The notes under the pieces are model-generated. The model was not told the DNA's origin, searched no databases, and saw nothing but the letters and a program-made list of their open reading frames with translations. 22,786 nucleotides of DNA from positions 1 through 22,786 of the forward strand of contig JBGCDR010000155.1 of NCBI GenBank assembly GCA_045105515.1, in the 5' to 3' direction. Below, in pieces: positions 1 through 8,951 of this stretch (position 1 is the stretch's first letter; every line of letters starts with the position of its first letter). Made by a program: the position numbers and the translations under genes. This stretch comes from Oligoflexales bacterium. Its GTDB lineage: Bacteria; Bdellovibrionota_B; Oligoflexia; Oligoflexales; Bog-1112.

Positions 1-62
1 GAAAAACTATATGATTGAATTTTGGATGATAAACCGACGAATTAGAATATAAAGGAGATCGC

Positions 63-281
63 ATGGCTAGAATTAAAAAAACATTAGATATTGATTGGGA
101 TTATATTGCTAGGGCGTTTAGAGAATTTCTAAATTTTTGTAAATATCAAATCCGTGATGCTTTTAGGTGGATGGAACGCAACCCAGAAAAAGTAGCTATT
201 ATTGTGGCTGCTGTTGTGAGTGCGTTTTCAGGAAATTATGATCAACTTATAGAAGTTGGGATTATGTTAATCTCGGCCTAG
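63..281 (+). CDS. Small hypothetical protein (72 aa) with a hydrophobic C-terminal half
   Basis: ORF preceded by a strong RBS (AAAGGAG) just upstream of the ATG. No family recognised. Confidence 0.6.
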   Translation: MARIKKTLDIDWDYIARAFREFLNFCKYQIRDAFRWMERNPEKVAIIVAAVVSAFSGNYDQLIEVGIMLISA

Positions 282-536
282 TATTTTTCGGGCTAATTTC
301 TCTATTACATTTAAAGCACATAAAGTTTCCATAAAACTTGGATTGTGAGGACCATAGCTGTATCTATTGCTTATCGTGGGAATTTAAGAATTGAATTTGG
401 CCAGTTTAATCGCTATACTCGGCATCCATATTTTTAATACAGTGATTTAAGTGATCGATCGCACTGATGTTAACCCAGGGGAGGACGTTAATTTAACCCA
501 CTTAACTCTAGCTATGGGAACGCAGTGACCATTCCT

Positions 537-1274
537 CTATGCTACCTTTTTTCCAAGTCTATCTCGATAAGATCCACCTTTTAGTTTCAGCGTCAACGAT
601 GGCTTAGTTAAGCGATCAACAATAGCTTCAGCTATCACAGGATCTTCAAACAATTGATGCCAGCCTTTAGGAGATACCTGACTTGTTACTATAATAACCC
701 CTTTTTGATAGCGCTCTTCAATTATATCAATTAATGATGTTGCTTCATCATGAGTGTAGTTCCTCAATCCAAAGTCATCTAGGATCAGAACAGGTGATTT
801 AGTGATTTTTTTAACCATTTTAAGATAATCGCCAGAAGCTTTTGAGGCTAAGATTTCTTCAAATAAAAAATTCACTGAGAAGAAGAGAGAGGAAAATCCT
901 TCCGTGCATAGCTTTTTGCCAATGGACATGGCTATGTGAGTTTTACCTTCACCAGTTTTTCCCAGGATTACTAAGTTTTCCTGCGCTTTAAAAAAGTTTA
1001 GCTTTGCAAGATCCTTCATCTTAGCTTTGGATATGCCGCGATCAAATGAGTCATCCCAGTCTTCAATATCACAATCATGTCTAAACCTGGCTCGGGATAT
1101 AAGTCGTTTAGCTCTTGCATTCTTCCGGTAAAGCGCCTCATCCTCTAGTAATAGGCGAAGGTAGTCTAATGGATGAATCTGCGACTCCAGAGCGCTAGAA
1201 GTCCTATGATCTAAATGCTCCATAATCCCAATTAGACGAAGCTTTGAGCATTGCTTCTTTACTTGTTCCATCAT
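537..1274 (-). CDS. istB: IS21 helper ATPase IstB
   Basis: Walker A GKTGEGKT, Walker B LILDDFG, IIEERY and AEAIVDRL motifs; 245 aa. Confidence 0.95.
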   Translation of the reverse strand: MMEQVKKQCSKLRLIGIMEHLDHRTSSALESQIHPLDYLRLLLEDEALYRKNARAKRLISRARFRHDCDIEDWDDSFDRGISKAKMKDLAKLNFFKAQENLVILGKTGEGKTHIAMSIGKKLCTEGFSSLFFSVNFLFEEILASKASGDYLKMVKKITKSPVLILDDFGLRNYTHDEATSLIDIIEERYQKGVIIVTSQVSPKGWHQLFEDPVIAEAIVDRLTKPSLTLKLKGGSYRDRLGKKVA

Positions 1275-1879
1275 CCTCTTCCTCCTTTAGTCTTGGATAA
1301 TGTAAATGAATACTATCTAAATCCCTTGTGGGAGAGAGATCTTTTTTGGATTTGCTACTTACCTTATGTTGAAGAGCACATCCCTTAAAAAACTGAACTC
1401 TATGCTTATTAAACAGCAAGCATTGTGTTGCCGCGTATTCCATATCTTGCGTTCTAATATCCTTTAGTTTCATACATGCAAGCATTCCTTGAACAGCTCG
1501 TAAGCTTGCCAGGGGGCGATTTGAGCTAAACATCTTATGTATAAGTTCCGACATCTTAGGCCCTATAGACTGAGCTTTTGCTTTGGCTTTTGTTAGGTCA
1601 AATTGGGTTTGTTGGATTTTTTCTTCTGGGTAGTGACCAGGAGATATTGATTTTTTTCCCTTGCCCGATAGCTTCTGATGAACTGCTAAACTCTCAGAAC
1701 TATCATCGAAAACCTCTACGAGGTCTTTGCTAATCCTCACGTTAACTACATTGCCAATATGCTTATGTGGTATAGAGTAAAAGTTATGGTTTACTTGGAT
1801 CGTCGAATCTGGATGGACCTTTGCTTTCTTCCAAGTTTTTATGACATACCTGCAACTAGGCAACGGTAAAAGTTTAGGC
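1204..1879 (-). pseudogene. istA: IS21 transposase IstA, C-terminal remnant
   Basis: KLLPLP...KAKVHPDSTIQVNHNFYSIPH is typical of the IstA C-terminal region. The frame stays open up to the IS junction at 1880, the DDE core is missing, and the ORF overlaps istB. Confidence 0.88.
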
Positions 1880-3092
1880 TGTGCCCCTCCAAAATGCTAG
1901 TCAAGCTGCTACTGGCAACTCATAAAGACCATTGCATGCTTTTTTCCATTTCAGATCACCAATGAAACTCACTTGTACAACTGAATCTTGGTCTGCATAT
2001 TTACGTCCAGGTTTCACACCATCAATTCCAGAGTGGACCCTATCCTGATTGTAATATTCTTTAAAATGATCAAGCTTTCTCTTCAAATCTTCTTTGGTCC
2101 AAAATAGGGTCTTGTCGAGAAATTCCCTTCGGGTTGTTCCAATGACTCGCTCTATAAAGGGATTAGCTATTGGGGTGTATGGTGGCCCAAACACCTGTTC
2201 AATACCCACCAATTCCAAATTTCGTGTCCATTGTTCAAATTTATAAAGTGGATCGCGATCTCGACTAATCCTATTTGGAATGACTGAGGCTTCACCCAAG
2301 ATTTGATTGAACATGAAGCATAAATTGTGACCTTTAACTGAGTTTCCGCCATGAACAGAATAACCAAGTATTTTTCTAGAATATACGTCTATTACTGCTA
2401 GAACCCAATAAGTTTTCAGGTGAATCGATTCCACTCGAAAAAGATCGATTGACCACAAACTATCTTTGGTTTGAGACAGAAGAGTCAACCATGAGGGACC
2501 TGTTTTTTCAGGATCTGTTGTAAGCTTATGCTTTCTCAAAATTCTCCTTACCGTCTGCTCGCTTATCTTTGTACCCAGTAGGTCATTTATAGTCTGAGCT
2601 ATGCGAAGGCATCCAAAGTCGGGGTTCTTTTGTTTTAACTCAATAACAAGGTTGCGAATATTCTGTCCATAACCTCCCCTACCTTGTTTTTTCTTCTTAT
2701 TCGAGTACAGTCTTGTATATTTTTTCTTTACTAGAATTCGATGAAATTTCAGTATAGTAGCAGGGCTAACGAGAACACATACTTTTTCAAGCCTTCTTTT
2801 TGAACTTATAAAAAAACGGGACCAACCAAAAAGAAGTCTCTGCCATCTTGTCAATTTTGGGCTGCGAGTGGCTTTTCTTTTAAGAGAAATTAATTGATTT
2901 CGAAGGACCAAGTTTTCGGCTGCAAGCTCACGAACTCCCTGCTTCGTCGAACATCGAACCAGATTCATTAGTAGGTTTAATATTTCACAAATAAGCATCC
3001 ACATGCTTAGAAAGTTAGGACCGCAAAGCAAATTGTCAAGCCCTAGTAATATCGACAACTTACGTGTGTGACTGCAATTTTGAGGGGGGACA
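1880..3092 (-). mobile_element. IS481/IS3-superfamily-like insertion sequence (single integrase-core transposase, TGT...ACA ends)
   Basis: Imperfect terminal inverted repeats: TGTGCCCCTCCAAAATGC at 1880 versus the reverse complement of 3074-3092, TGTCCCCCCTCAAAATTGC. They enclose one DDE ORF. Confidence 0.85.
1901..3004 (-). CDS. DDE transposase, integrase core (rve) domain with HTH
   Basis: ENLVLRNQL, HTH region (NPDFGCLRI...ISEQTVRRILR), WSIDLF, RDRD, NPFIERVIGTTRREFLD, YYNQDRVHSG. Start uncertain: the ORF is open to 3058, and the ATG at 3004 or 2998 is likely. Confidence 0.9.
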   Translation of the reverse strand: MWMLICEILNLLMNLVRCSTKQGVRELAAENLVLRNQLISLKRKATRSPKLTRWQRLLFGWSRFFISSKRRLEKVCVLVSPATILKFHRILVKKKYTRLYSNKKKKQGRGGYGQNIRNLVIELKQKNPDFGCLRIAQTINDLLGTKISEQTVRRILRKHKLTTDPEKTGPSWLTLLSQTKDSLWSIDLFRVESIHLKTYWVLAVIDVYSRKILGYSVHGGNSVKGHNLCFMFNQILGEASVIPNRISRDRDPLYKFEQWTRNLELVGIEQVFGPPYTPIANPFIERVIGTTRREFLDKTLFWTKEDLKRKLDHFKEYYNQDRVHSGIDGVKPGRKYADQDSVVQVSFIGDLKWKKACNGLYELPVAA

Positions 3093-3723
3093 GGCTCGTC
3101 AAGAAAAGATGACTTTAGCCGGATGTATGGCGGCGCACATCAGACGTGGGTTTGTTAAAGCAGAAAAAGCTTTGAAGAAGGCTAACCCAAAAGCAAAGAC
3201 TAAAACGTCTATACCTTTAGATTTGATAGGTGCCCTGTACAAGGTAGAAAGAGAAAGCATTGGTAAGACATATGAAGAAAGACTTAAAAAACGCCAAGCC
3301 GAATCCGTTCCTTTAATGAAACAGCTTCATAGTTGGTTAATGGCAGAAAAGCCTAAGACGCTGCCAAAATCCTTGATTGGCAAGGCGATTCGTTATGCTC
3401 TGGATCAATGGGACAAAATGCAGCATTTTTTACAAGATCCCGATGTGCCACTGGACAACAATAGATCCGAGAGAGCTATAAGACCATTTGTAATTGGTAG
3501 GTCCAACTGGATTTTCTCAAACTCCTGTGCAGGAGCGGAAGCAAGTGCCACCCTGTATTCTCTGATAGAATCAGCGAAAGCAAATGGCTTAGACCCTTTC
3601 AATTACCTTTGCGTAGTTTTCAAAGAGCTATGCAAGGCTTCAAGTTTACATGACTATGAAGGCTTGCTGCCTTACAATATTCGAACTTACTTCGATATCA
3701 AGCCACTTATAAATCCCAAATAG
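3093..3723 (+). pseudogene. tnpC: IS66 transposase TnpC, C-terminal remnant
   Basis: GCMAAHIRRGF, LPKSLIGKAIRYAL, DNNRSERAIRPFVIGRSNWIFS, YSLIESAKANGLDP. The N-terminal part is missing, and the first ORF codons (3064-3092) belong to the neighbouring IS. Confidence 0.9.
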
Positions 3724-3812
3724 AAACTCCCTCATGGGCTAACCATCTGCGATACCTTAAATCTACTTGAATAATTTAGAATAGTGAAGACGGGTCATTT
3801 CTGACCGCTTAC
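3093..3812 (+). mobile_element. IS66-family element, 5'-truncated remnant with intact right inverted repeat
   Basis: 3' part of tnpC followed by a terminus ending ...GGGTCATTTCTGACCGCTTAC (reverse complement starts GTAAGC, the IS66 signature). Confidence 0.88.
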
Positions 3813-5777
3813 GTGCGCCGCGAGGCGCACACTACCTAACTGGCTGAAATGCCAGTCTCAGCAAAGCCTAGCCAGCAGCTTAGAACCGAGTTTTGTGCAA
3901 GCTGCGGACTCATAGAGAGAAAGGAGGCAATTAAGAGAGGAACAAAGCTTGTAAAGCGTAAACAGGGCCGTCTGCAGGCCGCAACGTGAGTGAAAGGGAA
4001 TTAGCCTCGATAAGTCAAAAGAAAAGGATGAGTCGACCTTTATGTAAGCAGGGGGAAGACAGCAAGAAGCTATCTTTATGGCGAGATAGTTGATGATTCC
4101 CGGGGTTTGTACCTGTGGCATGTAGACAAGAGGTAGTGTGTGAACGCGGGAGGCCCGCAGCTTCAGCCATGGAGGCAACAAGAGAATTCAAGGTCAGGTA
4201 AACCAAGGTTCTTTTGGAAACTGCGGGAGTCGGATCATCTGATATTACTCTGAGCAGGAGAAAGATCTGTACATGGGGAAGCGGATGACAAAAGGAGAAT
4301 CTTTCAATGGAAACATAGACTCCATGCAAAGGGAGAGGATGCCTTTATTCAAAGAAAGGAATAACATTACTATGACAACAGGAATCGAAAGAATAGCAGC
4401 AAAAGCCCAAACTAACAGTAGTCTTATTTTTACTTCCCTTGCGCATCACATTACAGATGAGTTGCTTTTGGAAGAGTTGAACAAACTTAAAACGTCTCGG
4501 TCCTCTGGAATCGACAATGAGTCAGTAAAAATGGCTAAACAAAGATTCTCGGAGTGGTCGCCTAAAATGTTAAAGCAAGTCCATCAAAAAGGATATCAAG
4601 CGCCACGGATTAAAAGGGTATTTATACCTAAACCCGGTAAGGAGGAGAAACGGCCATTAGGAATTCCAACAGTTACTGACACCGTGTTACAGCGTTCAGT
4701 AGCGCGAGTAGTTGGGGCAATATTTGAGCAAGATTTTTCCAAATCTTCATTCGGAGGTAGACCCGGATGTAGTGCTCATCAAGCCATATCAAAGCTTGTG
4801 ACATCAATCCATTTGGGTCGTACCAACTATGTTCTTGAGGCGGATATCAAGAACTTCTTTGGTAGTTTAGATCATACCTGGATGATGAAGTTTGTCGAAC
4901 AAAGGGTTAAAGATCGCAGAATTCTCTCATTGATCCGAAGGTGGTTAAAAGCAGGAATATGCAGTAATGGTGAATTGGTAAGACCCTTTGAAGGTACCCC
5001 TCAAGGGGGACCGGTGAGTGTGTTATTGAGCAATATCTTTCTGCATTTTGTGCTGGATCTTTGGATAGAAAAGGTAGTGCGCCCAAGAATGACTGGTGAA
5101 GTTTACTTTGTCAGATATATTGATGATTTTGTGCTCTGCTTTCAGCGAAAGAACGATGCTTTAAGGTTTTATAGTGCTCTGCCTAAGCGGCTAAGTAAGT
5201 TCGGTCTGCAACTTGAGCCTAGTAAAACGAGACTAATTGAGTTTGGACGTTATGCCTATAGAGATGCAAAACGTTTGGGGAAAAGGCCGCAAACCTTTTA
5301 TTTCCTTGGTTTTACATTTGTTGGTAAACGTAGCGGAAAAGGATCTTTTAAGATTGAATTGAGAACTGAAAAGAAAAGGAACCATAGGGCACACCAGAAA
5401 ATAAAGGAGCTTGTTAATAACTTGAGACATGCTCCAATCTCCTTCCAGATTAATAGAATTAATGCTCTACTTAGGGGATTATATCGCTACTATGGTGTGT
5501 TAGGTAATAATCAATCAATCCGAAACTTTTATCGCTGCGCTATGGTGACTTGGCGAAAATCACTTAGCAGACGAAGTCAAAAAGGCAAGATTACATGGGC
5601 AAAATATGAGAAAATTCTTGATTACTTTAAGCTAGCAAAACCTGAAATATATCTAAATTATCAGGACGTATATAAGGCTAGCATGCTGTAAATCTCCTTT
5701 TGAAGAGGCTCGTGCGGGAAAACCGCAGGCGGGCTTCTGTGGGGAGGGAAAAGCGTCAGCTTGTTCCCTTACCCGAC
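3813..5777 (+). mobile_element. Group II intron, full length (probably bacterial class E-like, no endonuclease domain)
   Basis: 5' GTGCG at 3813, RT/maturase ORF, domain V hairpin at 5705-5737, domain VI with bulged A5771, and 3' end CCCGAC at 5777. Candidate EBS1 GTAAGC (4044-4049) is complementary to the 5' exon end GCTTAC (3807-3812). Confidence 0.93.
4372..5691 (+). CDS. ltrA: Group II intron reverse transcriptase/maturase
   Basis: FTSLAHHI, IPKPGKEEKRPLGIP, LEADIKNFF, GTPQGGPVS, RYIDDFV and a maturase X region. The ATG at 4372 follows AAAGGA; the ORF is open from 4273. Confidence 0.95.
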   Translation: MTTGIERIAAKAQTNSSLIFTSLAHHITDELLLEELNKLKTSRSSGIDNESVKMAKQRFSEWSPKMLKQVHQKGYQAPRIKRVFIPKPGKEEKRPLGIPTVTDTVLQRSVARVVGAIFEQDFSKSSFGGRPGCSAHQAISKLVTSIHLGRTNYVLEADIKNFFGSLDHTWMMKFVEQRVKDRRILSLIRRWLKAGICSNGELVRPFEGTPQGGPVSVLLSNIFLHFVLDLWIEKVVRPRMTGEVYFVRYIDDFVLCFQRKNDALRFYSALPKRLSKFGLQLEPSKTRLIEFGRYAYRDAKRLGKRPQTFYFLGFTFVGKRSGKGSFKIELRTEKKRNHRAHQKIKELVNNLRHAPISFQINRINALLRGLYRYYGVLGNNQSIRNFYRCAMVTWRKSLSRRSQKGKITWAKYEKILDYFKLAKPEIYLNYQDVYKASML

Positions 5778-5805
5778 ATCCCGCCAACATAGTATCTATC
5801 CTTAA

Positions 5806-6708
5806 TCAAATTATCCATTTTGGCCTTTTAAGAACCTTAAGAGAACCATTATGAAATAAAAATAATGCTGGATAAAGAAACCATAAGTGAAAAAAAGGTA
5901 CATTCATGGAGGAGTGTATCACACAATGAAAAGCCAATGAGATTAGACCTAAACGAACCGAACCACTAAATAAAGACAAAGCAAGTATAAATCCCAGCTC
6001 AAATATGCCCGTAGAAATACCCATAATTCTAGCTATTAATGGCTGTATTGCAAGTTCAAGCCCTAAATTTGAATTAGACTGTTGTGCTGTCAATGCCATA
6101 AATGAAAAAATAGATTCTCCTTCTGTGAACCATTTTAATCCTCCTTTTATTAGTTTTGAATATCCAGCATTCCAATATATCAACGCAACAAAAAACTGTA
6201 CAAAAGAGATATAAATTGAAGCTCTTTCCCTTTCCTTTGTCGATTTTAAGGAAGTATCACGACGAAAAAATAGTCTATCGATTGAATAATATTCACCTGA
6301 TCTTGTGAAATTTAGTGCTACTAAGAAAAAATTTATATGAGTGTTATAATTCCAAACTGTTGAAAAATGAGCAATATATCCATTAAATATAAAGAATGAA
6401 ATGGTTAGAGTTAAGACCGCTATTCGAGAAAATAAACCTAGCAAACAGAATATCGCACTGATGAAAACGAGTGATTTTAAAAAATAGTAACTATTGAAAT
6501 CTAGGGCAGGTATCGCTGAGATAATCCCTTTCGGAACGTACAATATCGGCGCAGCGTCGACATAAAATTCGTTGTAAGGAGCGAAGTGAAGTAAAACTAC
6601 AACAATAAGTCCTAAAGTCACTCGAATTAATGCTGCCCGTTCGAGAGAATTGATTTGTCGGAATAAAAAATCAAAGATGCAAGAGAATATCCAATAATAT
6701 ATCTTCAT
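5806..6708 (-). CDS. HTTM-domain (SdpB / vitamin K-dependent carboxylase N-terminal-like) membrane protein
   Basis: Multiple TM segments with LLGLFSR, YSIDRL, IYWNAGYSKL..GGLKW, FELGF and FHCVI, characteristic of HTTM proteins. Confidence 0.75.
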   Translation of the reverse strand: MKIYYWIFSCIFDFLFRQINSLERAALIRVTLGLIVVVLLHFAPYNEFYVDAAPILYVPKGIISAIPALDFNSYYFLKSLVFISAIFCLLGLFSRIAVLTLTISFFIFNGYIAHFSTVWNYNTHINFFLVALNFTRSGEYYSIDRLFFRRDTSLKSTKERERASIYISFVQFFVALIYWNAGYSKLIKGGLKWFTEGESIFSFMALTAQQSNSNLGLELAIQPLIARIMGISTGIFELGFILALSLFSGSVRLGLISLAFHCVIHSSMNVPFFHLWFLYPALFLFHNGSLKVLKRPKWII

Positions 6709-7218
6709 TCATCTATTCTCTTCTCGAAAAGAATATCCTTTGATTGTTTCCACTACCGATATTTTTTCTTTGACTAAATAGTCAGTCAAATCGTATTTAA
6801 TATAGCTAAAATCAAATCCAATAAATTCTTTCCTGTTAGGAGAAATCGCAGTCCGATAGAAACCTTGGAAAGGGCTCCAAGGGCTATTTACATGTTTCAG
6901 TACCAATTTCGCTAATTGCTGCTTCTGATTTTCATCCTTACCATACCCGTAAACTTTATTAAATATTGCATTCGCAACAAAAAACTCCACGGGTAATGCG
7001 TTGCCAGGCAACACCACCAAACTTTCCCCAGTACTATCGATCAATGTAAGTTTGTAATAGATCCCACTAATACCTACTGGTTTGGCAAACATATCATAAG
7101 GGGAGAAGGGCCAACCCAATTTATATTCATCACATAGTTGCATTGTTTGGACTAGGCCAAATACTAAAAAACTTACACCAATCATGGCTCTGGTCACTGT
7201 CCACTTTCTCTCTTTCAT
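6709..7218 (-). CDS. Hypothetical membrane-anchored protein, HTTM partner (SdpA-like arrangement)
   Basis: N-terminal TM segment followed by WPFSPYDMFA. Its stop abuts the HTTM start (TGA ATG), and the RBS GAGGGA lies upstream. Confidence 0.65.
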   Translation of the reverse strand: MKERKWTVTRAMIGVSFLVFGLVQTMQLCDEYKLGWPFSPYDMFAKPVGISGIYYKLTLIDSTGESLVVLPGNALPVEFFVANAIFNKVYGYGKDENQKQQLAKLVLKHVNSPWSPFQGFYRTAISPNRKEFIGFDFSYIKYDLTDYLVKEKISVVETIKGYSFREENR

Positions 7219-7512
7219 GGTCCCTCTAGTCTTCTAAAAAATATTTTCAGTACTTCCACCCATCTAACTGATGGGAATGATTTAAAATACTCAATTGTAT
7301 TTTGTGCTTAAAGGTCGAATGTTCCAAAATTTAGGTGGAGCTATCATACAAGAGTTCTAATGACAATTGCTATATCCAAACCTATTTATATTGTGCTAAT
7401 TTTCCAGGACCCTTTTTCTCTCAGTGCCAAACTCGGGTATTTGAATTTATCGTAAATATATCATTATCATAACTTAAACAAAACCGTGACACTTTGAAAA
7501 TGAATCGAATTG

Positions 7513-7665
7513 TATAATATTTTATTGTTCGACGCAAGGGCGTTATCAAAAATATGAAGATACCTTATCGTTAATGGGGTTTGTCAAGTAAAACGAGAAT
7601 TTGATAATCATCAGATGTAACAGCGATTTTTAGGAAGCTCTTGCGTCGAACAATAAAATATCATA
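7513..7665. repeat. 29-bp inverted repeat pair (22-bp perfect core) separated by 95 bp, in a divergent intergenic region
   Basis: ATATTTTATTGTTCGACGCAAG (7517-7538) is the exact reverse complement of 7640-7661. It extends to 7513-7541 / 7637-7665 with 2 mismatches. Confidence 0.95.
7581..7608 (+). promoter_or_regulatory. Possible sigma70 promoter inside the inverted-repeat spacer
   Basis: TTGTCA-N16-GATAAT pointing toward mltB and the operon. Motif match only. Confidence 0.3.
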
Positions 7666-7727
7666 AAGTCCTACAACTTTTGAAAATATAAGCCTTAGAA
7701 CCACATTAAAAAAGGATTAGGCAGAAC

Positions 7728-8645
7728 ATGTTTTTGATCCCCAAATATAGTAAATTAGTCATTGTTACTATCATATTGATTTTTAGTCATTTTGTTTATG
7801 CGATGTCTGCTAATAACGATAAATTGGAATTATTGAAAATTACTCCTGAAGTTCGTGAATTTATCAGAACTATGGTCATAGAAAATGTAGGCAGTGAAGA
7901 CTTTCTCAGATCTACTCTTAGTCAAGCTAGGGTGGACCAAAGAATAATAACTATGATGGATAAGGCTTTTCCTCAAATACCTTACCCCGAATACAGAAGA
8001 AAATTTTTAAATCCTCAGTTGATTGAAAACGGATTTTTATTTTATAAGAAACATTCAAAACTTCTTGAACATTCCTATAACCAGTATGGTGTTGATCCCT
8101 TTATTGTTGTTGCGATAATGGGCATCGAATCAAATTACGGGGATAATCAGGGGCAACATGGTGCACTAAATAGTTTGGCTACTCTAGCGTTTCATTATCC
8201 GCGACGTTCTAAGTTTTTCAAAAATGAACTGAAAGCTTTTTTAGCTCTTTGCAGTGAAAATAATTTAGATCCTTTCATTGTAAAATCATCATTTGCTGGT
8301 GCATTAGGGGCACCTCAATTTATGCCTTCTAGCTACTTAGGATACGCCCGAACCTTCGAAACTAGAAAAAACGCAGATCTGTTTTTAAATCGAGGAGATG
8401 GTATAGCTAGTATTTCGAATTATTTATCCACTTTTGGCTGGGCAGAAAAAGATATGCGGTTTGGAAATAAAAAATCCATCGGAAATCAGAAAATAAAATA
8501 TGAAAAAGTGTGTATATCTGATACTGAACATAACTTACAAAAAAATAACTATAGAGTGTTGCTCCGGTATAACAATAGTCACAACTATGTAAAGGTTGTT
8601 TTTGAATTAGCAAGAAAAGTTGCGAGTCTTGCAGATAAAAAATGA
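7728..8645 (+). CDS. mltB: Lytic murein transglycosylase B (SLT_2 / family 3)
   Basis: Signal peptide-like N-terminus; YGVDPFIVVAIMGIESNYG (catalytic Glu), YPRRSKFFKNEL, SSFAGALGAPQFMPSSY, YNNSHNY. Confidence 0.93.
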   Translation: MFLIPKYSKLVIVTIILIFSHFVYAMSANNDKLELLKITPEVREFIRTMVIENVGSEDFLRSTLSQARVDQRIITMMDKAFPQIPYPEYRRKFLNPQLIENGFLFYKKHSKLLEHSYNQYGVDPFIVVAIMGIESNYGDNQGQHGALNSLATLAFHYPRRSKFFKNELKAFLALCSENNLDPFIVKSSFAGALGAPQFMPSSYLGYARTFETRKNADLFLNRGDGIASISNYLSTFGWAEKDMRFGNKKSIGNQKIKYEKVCISDTEHNLQKNNYRVLLRYNNSHNYVKVVFELARKVASLADKK

Positions 8646-8674
8646 TTTTATGTGATGTATAAAAGGGAATAGAT

Positions 8675-8935
8675 ATGGAAAGACTGCCATCAAAAATAAG
8701 ATATATGAAACCTTTATACTGGGGAGCTGGTGTTTGGATTTTAGCTTTTGCGGCGGATCAACTCAGCATCCACTCTATCGACAGTTTCAGTATAGGTCCT
8801 TTTTATGAAAAAGATGATTGCTTAGATGTGCTAAAAAAAATAGAAAAATTGAAAGAAAAAAGTTTATATGTAAAATACTCAACCAATGGGAAAATCAATT
8901 GGGGCCAAGGTAAACATTGGGACCTTAAAATATAA
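8675..8935 (+). CDS. Small hypothetical protein (86 aa)
   Basis: ORF with an AAAGGGA RBS that fills the gap between mltB and the next gene, with a short hydrophobic stretch. No family recognised. Confidence 0.45.
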   Translation: MERLPSKIRYMKPLYWGAGVWILAFAADQLSIHSIDSFSIGPFYEKDDCLDVLKKIEKLKEKSLYVKYSTNGKINWGQGKHWDLKI

Positions 8936-8951
8936 CTTAGAGAGATATTAT

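Larger units (their letters stand above)
452..1879 (-). mobile_element. IS21-family element, 5'-truncated (right end, istB and the 3' part of istA)
   Basis: istA/istB ORFs. The terminus starts TG at 452 (TGATCGATCGCACTGATGTTAACCCA) with internal TTAACCCA repeats at 470-477 and 493-500, as in IS21 ends. The element is cut at 1879 by another IS. Confidence 0.8.

Noticed and set aside
63..281. 72-aa ORF as a RiPP precursor for the ATP-grasp or HTTM genes
   Set aside because: It is separated from them by more than 5 kb of rearranged mobile DNA and has no leader/core pattern. The ATP-grasps resemble amino acid ligases, not graspetide synthetases.
3858..4329. Minus-strand ORFs of 107 and 104 aa
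   Set aside because: They lie antisense to intron domains I-III and show no protein features, so they are likely spurious.
4273..5691. RT as a retron, DGR or defence RT
   Set aside because: The GTGCG start, domains V/VI and maturase region identify a group II intron IEP.
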